Positions 12,920 to 25,100 of a stretch of DNA of 47,603 bases are shown one piece after another. Position 1 is the stretch's first letter; every line of letters starts with the position of its first letter. Both the position numbers and the translations under genes were made by a program. Under the pieces are notes generated by a model that was not told the DNA's origin, searched no databases, and saw only the letters and a program-made list of their open reading frames with translations. This DNA comes from Circinaria calcarea (lineage: Eukaryota). The stretch spans positions 1-47,603 of the forward strand of contig JAVECS010000013.1 in assembly GCA_051942165.1 (NCBI GenBank), read 5' to 3'.

Positions 12920-13385
12920 AGTCCGAGGGCCACTGATGCTTTTCGACTACAAGGATCCATGTGAGGATAGGACGGTCCTATAGCCGATTTGGCTTGAAGG
13001 GAGGCGTGGCTTCACGACGAAGAGATTCGGGCGATGGTGCGGGTTGACTATAAGTTCGCCTACCTGGAACAAGGTAGCCTTTTCCTTTCGTCTTCCGTCA
13101 TGGCTTTCCTTAAAGGTCACGACCCGCAACTACAACTAGTACTGCCATCACGATCCTTTTTGGTCGATAATCATCAGCCTTTGCCCCGTTTTCTCTGCCG
13201 CAGAGATATTATGTGCCTGAGAAGCTTCCGTAGCCTGCAGAATCCTTCCCATCAAGTCATCCATCAGCCTCCGTAGCAGGTGGGTTGAAGTGTGACAAAA
13301 CGCTGAAGGCGTCAAGTATCTGGGCTCCTGGCTGGCGACCTCGGTGTGCTCAATATCGTCCAGAAGAGCTTTGGGTCTTTGCGCA

Positions 13386-14837
13386 ATGAAGTTCGCGCAT
13401 GAATACGAGGCAGCGCTTCAGCAAGCTGATTATCCCCAGCATTGGGTCGAGTCAGCTATTTCATACAGGCAGCTCAAGAAATGTATTAAAAATGTTCAGC
13501 GCGAACTTTCTACGATGGGACTTGATCCGAATACTATCGCAGCCCTGTGGACCTCTATCGACCCTTCACACCTGGCGGGAGGCCCATTGCAATACAGCTT
13601 TGCAGATAGCACCAACTTCGAGCCCAAATTAATTTTCATCGTCGACACCGAGGATGGGTCTCCAGTTGATGCTTGCCTTGCACCGGACACAAGAGCTTAT
13701 CTGCAAGCTTTGGCTGTCAGGCTCAATTTAGCTGAAGTCTCCACGATTGCGCCATCTAACCAAGTCCGACCGCATCATCCACGGGCAATGCAAGTTGGCT
13801 CTCATGTTTCTGCGGTTCATTCTTCTGTCAAAGAACCTGTTAGAAATCAAAAGCTCGAGATCCCACTGAGAGTTGACGGTAAATTCTTTCGGCTGCTCAA
13901 CGATGAGCTCCTCGCCCTCAAGGATTTGCGGTCGAAGGAGGAGCATATGCTGGCTCGAGACGTAGTCGTTCTTGGTGAAGAAATTGGTAGGCTCACTCTG
14001 CCATCACCGAGTGTCATCAAGGCCGACGTTTATGCTTGGCGAGAAGTTTTCAGCCTGTATATTGACTGCAATGTGTTTTTCTCAACCGCTGAGCAGGACA
14101 GCTCTGATCGCAGCTCATTACTGGCGCAGGGGAAGTTTCAAGATTTCTCTTTGAAGTTGCAAGAGTTGGGATTCCCACAAAGACTGAAAAAGGGCCAGAG
14201 CAGGGCGGCCTTGGAATTGTTCATCCGCATAAACTCTACGCTTCTCCAAAACCTCAAATTTCAGGAGCTTAACGTAACAGCTATGACCAAGATATTGAAA
14301 AGTAAGCCTCGACCGAGCATGAACGGTGAAAGCGGAGTCTAATTTTCGTAGAGTTCGAGAAGCGCACCGCTTTAAGGGCTAAAGACACCTTCGTCGGCCT
14401 CTTTACGAAAGAAGCGTTCTCTTCTTCAACCATGGCTAAAGCGGTATGCTTTGAAATCTCAGAAAAAGTCTTGTCGGTTGTGCCACAACTAAGTGACTAC
14501 CTCTGCCCCGTCTGCTTCAACATCTCGTATAAGCCTATACGCCTTCGATGTGGCCACGTCTTTTGTATTCGTTGTATGATTATTATGCAGCGAGCCAAGA
14601 ACGACCACTGTCCCCTGTGCCGGGGCACAGTGGTCATGCAAGCCGACAGTGGTACGTTGTCCGACTCCCTAAGGCGTTCGTTCGTTAATAAGATTTCTAG
14701 GGAATCTAGATCCAGCGTTGATGAGCTTTCTAAAGCGGTACTTTCCTACCGAAGTTAAAGCGAAGCAGAAGGAGAACGAACGTAACGCGGCAATTGACAA
14801 ATACGGGAAAGAACTTGAGCGGTGTCAGATCATGTAG
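13386..14837 (+). CDS. SPX-domain RING-finger E3 ubiquitin ligase (S. pombe Pqr1/Spx1-like), 3 exons
   Basis: SPX hallmarks MKFAHEY, ISYRQLKKCIK and LNVTAMTKILKKFEKRT; C3HC4 RING CPVC...CGHVFCIRC...CPLCR; the last exon ends ...ELERCQIM*. Confidence 0.88.
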
Positions 14838-15758
14838 CTTGAGGGCCCGCACTGTTGGGGTTTAGGGAACTTCTGAAGGCGGCCATTACGAATTCTTTCT
14901 GGCTAGCTTACGCTTCCATTAAAGGTGAGGCCATTGGGAAGGAGCGTCTTGTGTAAACTATGCTGAATGCAACTCGGCGTCTACAATAAGTCTTAGAGAG
15001 AAGCGCCGCCAACATACCGAGGTGTTGTTTGCTAGAAGTGAGAATTAAATCTTGATCGTTGCCATGGGTCGTTTTAAATAGATGGGCTTGTCCGAACGTC
15101 GATTCTACCATTCTTCTTTCTGACCATAGGACGTTCTGCTGATGCACAAAGGTAAGATTGCACAAGAGGTTATGAACTAATGGTACGATAAAGTTCGAAA
15201 TGAAGCATCGCTCTTGGGCTTTGACTATTACTTGGTCTGTAGGGACAATAGTCGTTAGCGCGGTTTACTTTACAATTGCTATAACAAGACCAAAGAATAC
15301 TCTTAACTCGTACTCCGTAGAAGAAATTAATAGGGACTTCGAGAGATACGGCTGAGATACGTCTAATCTGATTCTTGCCCCCCACCCTTGGAACTCTATA
15401 GATATAATCTTTGTTGAGTACGGTATATAGGGGGGTTATCCAAAACCTCGCCATCGCTACAGACTTGGCTCCGGCCCCGGCGCCGCAGTCAATGACGCAG
15501 GGCAGAATTCGTCATTATGACGCTCGCGTGCCTTGAAAAATACATGTACCATATATTGTGGATGGAGGGAGTAATCGAGAGAATAGGGGATTCGTGGCTC
15601 ACGTCTGAAAATAACAATGATATCGATAATAGTCCTCTGCCAATGAATGAGCCATCGATCTTCCATCAAAGTCTCCCTCTGAGAAGTCTTCCAGAAACTT
15701 GGTAACCAATCGTTCAAAAGCAATCATTTCATTGATCTTGAAAAGGCTGTCTATTATC

Positions 15759-17714
15759 ATGGCAGCGTTGGTATTAAATGAACTGCCCAATGAGGTACTT
15801 CAGCAGATTCTTTTCCACTTGCCTCCCATCAGTGTATCAGCCCTCATGCAAGTCTGCCGTAAATTCAACGACCTTGTCCATCCACTGCTATGGCGATACC
15901 ACTGCAGGACACAGTTCAGGTTCTGGAACCAAGAGCGAAACATGGAGCAGAAGTTTGCCGACGACTTCTCCAAAGTCGAATGGAAGAGCATTTATGCGGA
16001 ACGGCATCATGTCGATCGCGTGACAAGTCGCACCATCGATAGCATTCTCTCGAGCCAGACGGGTCGTATTGAGAAGTATCAGCGGATTTTAGACTATGGA
16101 TACGATGCCAAAGATACACTACTGCGTCACTTGGATGTGGGAGATGAGGCTGAGGACGTCTTGGCAAGACGGTACGAGCTCCACAGTTCGTTGCAGCATC
16201 TGTCGGAGTGGCTCACGACGTGAATATAGATACTACAGCGATGCCATTCTTGGCTGTGTACACCGGGCTCGGGCAATCAAGCAATGGGTAAACATGATGC
16301 ATGGCCAAGAGGTATCTTTGGAGAAGGCTCTTGCAGCGTTTGATATGTTTATACTACATGGCAGGGAGGGAGACTTTGAAGATGTGAGTTGGCGACCTAA
16401 GCCGGTTAAGGGGCCTGTGGCTAATAGGATAGATCTCGGCACGCCTCGATGATCTTGCAAAACGTATTGACACGCAGCATCCGGGATTTCGGGAGCAAAG
16501 TCCGCGACAGAAAGCTTTCTTGATTGTGAGGTATTTACGGGCACATGGCCTTCTAGGTTTGAAAGAAGGTAGCCATTATCATGACTTGCAAAACAATTTC
16601 ATTTCAATCGCACTTCAGCACGTCGATCACCCGTCTCTACCTCTGATATCGGTGGCGATATACTGTTGCGTTGCGAGGAGACTTGGTCTTGTTGTAGAGC
16701 CTTGTAGCTTTCCATTTCACGTACTGGCCATTGTAAAGCCTGCCTCCGGCTTTGATTTAGATGGCAACGCGGTTGCAAGAGGCCACACAGGGGAGCCAAT
16801 GTATATGGATCCATATACATCGAACGAGGAAACCGCCGCCGAGAGCCTTCTGACCCGGCTCCGAGCTATAGGTACCTCAACCTCGAATTCTGGGGCATAT
16901 ATGAATGGATCATCTGCCGCCGACATGGTTCTCCGAACGGGCCGGAACATCATGAACTCGGTATCAGTCGCCCACCAACATGCAATAGCGCATCAGCCGG
17001 GTGGCGGAGCCGACCACCTAATTTCGACATCCGACTTTCCCGATACCGAGAGTGCATTTTATGGTGCACTATGGGCTTCACTATTGCTTGGAATGCCACC
17101 CGAAAGAGATGGCCCGATGGCGGTAACAATGAATAGACGACAGTTTCTCCCCTATATCATCCAGCATTTCGAGACCCATTTTCCAACTGATGTTTCGCTG
17201 ATCGAGAAATACCTCATACCTCTCTTTCGGAACTTTGGCGAACACGCGCAGCTGGTAGAGACAATCAGGGTTATGCGTGCTTCGGATGCGGTGGCCAAAC
17301 AAGTCAAGCCTCGGACAAGACATGTGGAGGAGAACGTCCGGTACAAGGTCGGCCAGGTTTTTCAGCATAAGCGATATGATTATCAAGCTATTATTACAGG
17401 ATGGGATGTTGAGTGCGGCGCTGGGGAGCAATGGATGGCCCAGATGCGTATCGATGAATTGGCTCGGGGCAGGCATCAGAGCTTTTATCATGCATTGTTT
17501 GTAGCTGTCCGCCTTGCGGTGTATATACTTGCTGACTGTGTTCGCCAGGGTCGAAGACAAGAGCGTGAGATATGTTGCAGAAGATAATATCGAGATCGTC
17601 GAGCCAGACTTGCCTCATAACCTCATGCTGCTTGCGGGCCGGCATTTCAAGCGATGGGATGAAGGAAGCCACCGTTTCATCAGCAATATCAGGGATGAAT
17701 ACCCAGATGACTGA
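15759..17714 (+). CDS. F-box protein with SirB1/transglutaminase-like and YccV (hemimethylated DNA-binding)-like domains (FBXO21-like), 4 exons
   Basis: F-box LNELPNEVLQQILFHLP...VCRKF; SLPLISVAIYCCVARRLGL..FPFHV..YMDPY; YccV-like YKVGQVFQHKRYDYQAIITGWD..QSFYHALVEDKSVRYVAEDNI..GRHFKRWD..YPDD*. Confidence 0.88.
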
Positions 17715-18091
17715 CAATTTTAATGATGGTAGAACGCATTCCTTATAGGGGAATGGTCTTTGGCCTTGCCAGAAAGCTGTCTTTGATAGTTAAACCAGAT
17801 TGAACTTTCCCCGTTCGAGTATGAGGCTTTCGGTGGCTGTCTGCTGTCGTCGCAAGCGCTGTCAAGAACGAAACTCCGCTAGATATGCTACGGCTATTGA
17901 TGATTCAGATGGCGCTTGCGGAATGAACGAGCTGTTCGTTATTGTCATACCGAAAGCCCGTTCGACTAAAAGTCTTTCTAGGGTAGTATAAATTATCTAC
18001 ATCCGAGTAATAACCGGTCAGATGTTCCCTACATACGAGATCACGCATCAGTAACTGGGGTATTCGTGCTAAACCTAACATGGCTGACAAT

Positions 18092-19252
18092 TCACCGCGA
18101 GCTGCCTAGTATCTCTTCCCTCAACGTTTTGCTTTCTTCTACCGATAGCCCGTCAATCGTTCCCCGTTCAAATTGGACCAACAGCGGCGCTGGTTGAGCG
18201 TGCAGCATGCTCTTGAGAAAGTCGATTATCAGGTCCTCGAATTGCAGTGGAGAGAATTCTCCATCAACGAGATCCTGGAAATGGGTTTCAAGTGAGAGAC
18301 CCCCTGGTGGAACCAGCTAAGGTACTGTGTCAGCGACGATATGCAGACATAGGAGTCGGACCCAGGGCTCACAGCGAGCAAGTGCTCGTTTCGGATTTCC
18401 TGCCATCCCACAACCTCCCCTTCGTGCTCCCCTTCCCAAAACATGTCCGCAATGATCAGGGCATCGCTGTCAGCGTCCGCCATCAGATGCGAGCTAAAGC
18501 CATAAGCGAAGGCTTCTTCAACAACCTTGGAATCTTTTGCTCCATAGATTAGATATTGTTCCAGTACTGCTTGGCTCATGTAGCGTGCCGCCAACTTCAT
18601 CCATAATTCGGTCACGTTGTTACCTTGCAAAGCTTTCTGAGCTGCAGATACAGCCATGAACAAGGGCAGCGTGTCCAGTAGGGACAGCGAGGCGGTCGAT
18701 CCGTAAAACGCAGATGCAGCATCGGGCGTGAAGTGCTCTAACATACGCTGACGTTGCTTGGACAATCTAAGTTCGGTGACAGACTCTGTACCGAAGATGG
18801 CGGCTAAGTCGAGTCCAGGCAGGATGCAGTCGTGAGACAGGAAAGCCTCGGCTCTAGCTCGATGCCGTCTCCTTAGGGTCTCTAGGACTCCTGGTTCGAT
18901 TCCCGTTACCGAATGAACAAGACGCCTGGTAAAGAGGGCGGTGAAGTTCAGAAGGCGAAGACGGAACTGCATTGTCGCCGAGCCATATTCCTCTGAGTAC
19001 TTTGACCGAAAAATCAGCAGGAAAGCTAGAAGTATGAGTCCTTTTATCGTAGTCGTCAGCGGGGCGTAAGTACCCACATTCTACCAGATGCAGAGCCAGG
19101 TCGGGTTGCACTCCTGTTTTCGGGGGAGAAGAGCAGTTGCCACGTGCTTGGGCGTCGTGCAAAAGGGCCACAATGGCAACGTGTACGATGTACTCTAGGA
19201 TGGCTCCGTTCACTTCAAGCTCTGTTTCTGGATCCGCGTGCCTTCCTGGCAT
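18092..19252 (-). CDS. Hypothetical protein (helical), 3 exons
   Basis: ORFs 18854..19252 and 18229..19077 join through a GT-AG intron. A further intron leads to a terminal exon LVPPGGLSLETHFQD...PLLVQFERGTIDGLSVEESKTLREEILGSSR* (TGA 18092-18094). No family confidently recognised. Confidence 0.72.
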
Positions 19253-19992
19253 AGTTCACGTGGGCCAGGGGAGTAATGAACGCAGGCTGGAAGGAAATAG
19301 AGGAAGGCGAGGAAACAGTTAAATTAACAATCTTGGTCAAACATGCTTGCAGATTAACTTTCGGACCATTCTGGGTGAATGAGGATTTCAAAGGCATTTA
19401 ATCGGTTGTGTGTGTAGATAATGCAAATAATTACTCGACCCATCCGAAGAGATGCATACCCACAAGGACGCGAGAACGATAACGGGTGGACGCTACCAAG
19501 GAGAGAGAGCTACGAAGTATCGAGAGCAACAACAAGGCTTTATACATGCCCTCCGCGGCCAAAAATGCATTACAGAGTCAGCTATTTTCTAGTCTATCGG
19601 GTTCTGTCTACCAGTCAACATTGGGTACGTAAATCTTTCCAAACTGATGTGGATAGGCTGAGCTTCCTATTGGGACTCAGCACTCTAACATAGACAGTTT
19701 CATCCCACCGCTGTGTAGGGACCGCTTCGCAAACACGTAATCGATTGTAACAATATCCTTGAGGTAGACTTTGATTTCAGGGGATGGTCATGCGCGAATG
19801 CGGCTTGCTCTCCTCGTCGTCATCATGCATCTGACGAAAAGTTGTAGCAACATAGCAAGCAATATGCTGATTGGGCATCCTTAAGTTTTCCAACGGATTC
19901 TTCCAGATGTCTACAAGTCAGTCAGACAGCAACCAAGCTTAAACTACCAGAGCACTGTCTGCTATTGCATCCGCCACAACCGTCACTATGTC

Positions 19993-21630
19993 CTACACAA
20001 AGCTCCATCGCTCTATTATGGTCTTGATGACACCCCGGCGAGCATGAGTCCGTATCCAGCTCTGTATCAAAGGGCTATGATCATGGCGTCTGCTGGCCGC
20101 CCTTTCCTCGTCCCGGCGGTTAGATTCAACTTCGTTCTTGACCAATTGCCAAAGACCCGCTTCAGCTGTCACCAGGCCCTGATGGCAGGCTAAGAGATCT
20201 GCCGCTGTACTGCCATCCAGAATCATATGCTGCACAGCCTCCGGTATGACAGCAGTCTCAACCGCCTTAGGTATGAGATTGTATGCTTCGTTGGGACCGC
20301 TAATAGCGTCCTCGAATGTCGAACCGTTTGTATCCCGGCTTCGAGTGGTGAAATCTTGCCAATCTGGGTGAACCTGATTTAAGTGTGCAGACACCGCTTG
20401 CCTGCCTTTCACGTTGACAGCGAGGCGTCGCACTAGATCAAGAAGAGGGTCTTTTACTAGACTTAATACTGCAAACTCAATCTGTCCGTCTTCGTACCCG
20501 CCCATGCGAGCCTCGATATCTGGTTTCACCTGACCCAGCCAATCATCATCCTGGATCACACCTGCATCCATAGCATCGATAAGTCCTGGCTCAGACAAAG
20601 CCACATCAGTTGGATCCTTACCTATGCTCTGTGGTTGTCTCTCAAGTCCATCCAGTTTCCACACCTTCCCATCGATGGGCACAAATGCAATAAAATGGAA
20701 ACTTGTATCAGAGCTGTCATTTTTCCCCTGGCTCTTTTTCTTGCTTCGCCTGCCAGCTGTCGCACCATTCTTGAGGAAAAGATCTCCGTTCAGCATGTCA
20801 ATTTTCCTGACACAATTCTCAGTTCGTACGCTCACATCGCCTTGTCGCCTAAGAACACAGAGGCTTGATAGCTACTTTTGCCATTCTCCAAGCTGGGCCG
20901 TCGAGAGGAGAGTTGACTAACGTACCTTGCGAATGAATTGTGTATTTGTTTGACGAATTCGAAATTACCGATTGCATCTCCGCGCAATGCTGGAGTAAAG
21001 CTCGAGGTAAAGTCTTTGAATTGTTGTAAATGCTCGCCTAGATCAATATTCGAGATGTTGTTGACAATATTGAGTAAAGCTATGCTTGCGCAAGCGTTGT
21101 CGATGGTCTGAGAGGAATAGTGTTAAAATTTTGCAAGGACCGACTTAATGTCTAAAGAAGGCCATACCTGGTTGGCAAACCATATATTCGGTGGGCAACT
21201 GGGCTCTTGTTTGACCGGGTCGTCCTCTCTCCATTTGTATAGGAATATTAGGCCGTAGACAGGACGACTATGTAGCCATTAGAGCGTCAGCCTTCCAGCT
21301 GGAAACGGCGAACCTACGGGAGCCACGCCAACAGCTCCTTGTCCAAAGAAACAACTTCTTGTACCTTCACGCCCTTGACGCCAAATTGCTTAAGCATGAC
21401 GTTGAAAAAAGCCTATGTCCTGTGAGTATATAGAAGTGTGTAACCTCCGAGACATCACTCAATCTTACTGGTTCGGACTCAATCTCACAAAATCCATTCC
21501 ATCTCCTCTTATCCTCGTCGGTAGCGGCTGTTGAAGGATCATTGGGGAAGAGCCTTGGTAGAGGTATGGCTGCTGAAGCACTGGTGGATCCTTCGTGGAG
21601 ACGTTGTCTCTTCGAAACCCGCAGCGCCAT
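19993..21630 (-). CDS. Ubiquitin carboxyl-terminal hydrolase, UCH37/UCHL5/BAP1 family (peptidase C12)
   Basis: WNGFCEIESEPAFFN, YGLIFLYKW, catalytic WFANQTIDNACASIALLN, HNSFAR, FHFIAFVPIDGKVWKLDGL, and a C-terminal helical tail ending ...RRHDHSPLIQSW. Confidence 0.9.
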
Positions 21631-22134
21631 CAAGACCAGTTCAAAGGTAAGCCGGAGAGACAATGGAGCGGTAGACAATGAAGCGAAGCAGTAGTAACTT
21701 GTATCGACGGCGATCGATAGGTGGCTGGGTGGATCACAGCGACTTTACGTTGCACCTCCATTGCCCAAGACTGGTTGCCGCCCATTGTCATTGACATGTG
21801 AATTCCTGGCTCTGCGTCGATTTGGTCCGTGGCAGGTGGGATGAACTTGGTAGATAGTGAATGGTCTGTATGGGAGTGTTCCAACTCCAAAGTAACACTT
21901 GCAATCTTAAAACTCAACCGGTTATTGACGCGAACTTCGCAGAAAGCAAACCATCCGTCCACGCGACGGTCAAACTCCCCGGGGTTGATACCACTTCACT
22001 TTGGTCTTCTAGTTGAATATTGTACACATCAACGATTCCTGAGACTAGGACGGCGTGTCTTCCACCCGAGACGCTCTTCAACATGTCTATGCGCCTCTGA
22101 TATCGCCAAAGTTTACTTCGTTCCTAAGCATGCC

Positions 22135-25100
22135 ATGAACGGTACTCCACGCCTTCGCTCTGCCTATCCATCAACTCCACCTTCTGCTCAGAACAACAGC
22201 CAGGATCCAGATGGCGTGAGCTCGGGCATCCGGGCTGGGGCCCTACCTGTGCCTAAGCTGCCCACTCTCTCAGGTGCGAGTGACTATGGTAGTGCGCCGT
22301 TGATACCGTTTGACGTCTTTGACGCCCCTACACAAAGGCTCTACGTATCCGCCTTCTACGTCGGCTTAACGCTCTGGCGCCTTTATGACTATACTGGATT
22401 AGTATCAGACGAGACAGATTCTCTATGGCTCTTCATGAAATGGGTAGCCCTGGATGGGGTATTCCTCTACGGTCTACCAGGACTGAGGATACCGTGGCTA
22501 GAGTGGTCCTCCACTACCATGACTGTTATTTTCCTCTTGCATGCTTTGCTGGATGGCATTCTGATGTTCCGCATACCTGTTTGTCTACCTCAGCTTGTAG
22601 AGAATCTACGAATACTCACTCAAAGCCTAGATACCAATAGGGGCATGGCTTATGGCATATGCTAGATATCTGTATGACCGCGAACTGGCAGTATCCGAAA
22701 GACGTGTCAAACCTGCGTCAATCCTTCATAACTCCTCCTTGATACTTGGAAAGCAAATTATCCACATACTGCCTGAAGGGTAAGTTCCCTCCCTTTGCGC
22801 CGGCTTACCGGACTGACAAACTGTGCGCAGATCTGCTATGCTGAACCCCGACCAAAGCGCCTTTTGTATTGATCGAAGCATACAATCCATTGATCTCCCG
22901 ATTCGCATCAATCAGACCAGCCCCATATTGATTGAGCTTTTACGGATTGATCTGGAAACGAATGCCAACGAAACAATAGTGATATCTGCCAAAGAAGCTC
23001 GCAAGCTCAAGAAACAGGCGGACAGGGATTTTGGGCGGAATGATGTGACATCTCCCCGAGTAATGAGATTCCCGATCAAGAAGACTGGGTTGTATCGGCT
23101 TCAAAAGGTGGTAGATGAATCGAAACTGGAAGTGCAGAGGAGGTTGTCCGATACTTTAGTTGTTTGGTGCCCTTCAGCATCGGTCAAATCTGTGTCTCAG
23201 GACAAATGCAAAGGTGCATTGTCAGACTTTTTTCTGCAGGTCGATGCCGTGCCACCACTCAAGGTAAGGTATAGTAAGACAATCAACAGAGAAGATCAGG
23301 GGTTCGTCTTCCTGACTATACATCCTGACAACCTTATAACTCCTCTAGCCCAGCAACGCACATCAGGCGCATTGGTTACGCTTGGCGATGGACGGGGCAT
23401 GGACGTTACATGGGCTCGTACGCAGCATATTGAAATACCAATAAACGAGACTTTGGGCATTAGTGGTGGTTGGCAATACTCAGTCGACGAAATACACGAT
23501 GCCTGCGGCAATGTCGCTAACTACTCTCGGCCAGAAGAGCAAGGACACCAACAATCTCAGAACGGGATTCACACTGAGCAGATCTTCACCGTCTATGAGA
23601 GACCGAGGGTAGCCCTTGCCGGATGTAGCCCACAAAATCCATTGAAACTAGCAAAGGGTAGATCTGGGAGACTCCCCGTTCGCTTTGACCCAACGGATGT
23701 GCATGTATCAGCGCCTTCGGAGTATTCCGTTTCTTACCTATTTACGCCTCAAGATCGGATTAGACCAGGTGGAGAGCATGAGGCCAATGCAAAGGTTGAG
23801 ACCATCACTTTGCAGGACATAAAGCGTGGCCCGGACATCACTAATCCTGGGCTATACACACTACAGTCCGTATCCACGAAATTCTGCACTGGGGAGGTCC
23901 TAGAACCATCTTCATGTCTACTACTCAACCCTCCAGAACCAGACCTTACAATCAGTGCTCAGAACATTCCAGATAAGTGCGCTGGTAACTCTGTGGGGCT
24001 CATGGTAGACCTCGACCTGATTGGGACTCCGCCATTTCGAATTGCGTATAACATTCATCGCACGGGGGGACGTATAGTTCCGAAAGTTGAGAAGATTGAT
24101 CGTCTCCGGGCCCAACTGGAGCTTAAACCGTCCGAGGCAGGTCATTATACCTACGAGTTTCTAGATATCAGTGATGCTGTATACAACCTTCGATCATTGA
24201 GGTTCAAGAACCTTCGGCTAGAGCAGGACGTGAAACCTTCTGCTTCCGCACGCTTCATGGAGCCACGTCCAACCCGTGATGCATGTATCGAAGAGCCCAC
24301 TACCTTTGAAATCCACCTATTGGGGGAGCCACCTTGGACCTTAGAGTACGAGCTGGTACATGGTCGAACAAGGAAAAAACGAAAAATCGAGAATATCAAG
24401 AGCGACTACTATGTCTTGGAAACGGAGAAGCTGCTAAACGGAGGGGAACATTCATTAAGTCTTACAAGTGTTACCGATGTTTCTGGCTGTAAAATCTTTC
24501 TCGAGCAAGAAGCCAAGATTGATGTTCGTCACCAACGACCGAAGGCCGCGTTTGGTTATCTCGAAGGAAAGCGTACTACTCTGACCCTAGAAACTAAGAA
24601 GGTTAACCTACCCCTGAGACTTTCCGGAGAAGCTCCATGGACGGTGAGTTATCGTAACACTGAGGACTCGCCGGGAGTCAACGCTAGCAAGCTATTGCGA
24701 TATACGAATGATATACTTGAAGCTGACGCTCAGGGCACCTATGAAATTACCAGCGTTCGCGATGCCTCTTGTCCAGGTACAGTGGAGCCGTCAGCAAGTC
24801 AGTTTGAAGTCGTCTGGATACCAAGACCTACCCTGAAAATCACAGAAAGCGCTAGCATGGAGTTACAGGGGGATAAATATGTCAAGAATGCGGTCTGTCA
24901 AGGAGATCAGGATGCGTTGGGTGTCTCCTTGACTGGCAATCCTCCTTATTACGTTAAATATCAGGTCCAATTGAATCCGGAACGCGGATCGGTGTCTGTG
25001 TACAACAAAGATCTCAAAGCAGGATTGGGGGGTGCTTCGGTGAAGATGGACACCTTGCACGCCGGCCTTTACGAATACCAGTTTATGGAGTTGAGTGATC

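Noticed and set aside
19993..21630. Idea that the UCH is a BAP1-like H2A deubiquitinase functionally linked to the nearby H2A gene
   Set aside because: The genes are 15 kb and several genes apart, the subfamily cannot be resolved without a phylogeny, and nothing in the sequence indicates the substrate.
21829..22134. Long N-terminal extensions in the ORF track (POM152, and likewise UTP22 29945-30202)
   Set aside because: They start at non-ATG codons or run through the divergent promoter; the family-like sequence begins at the downstream ATG.
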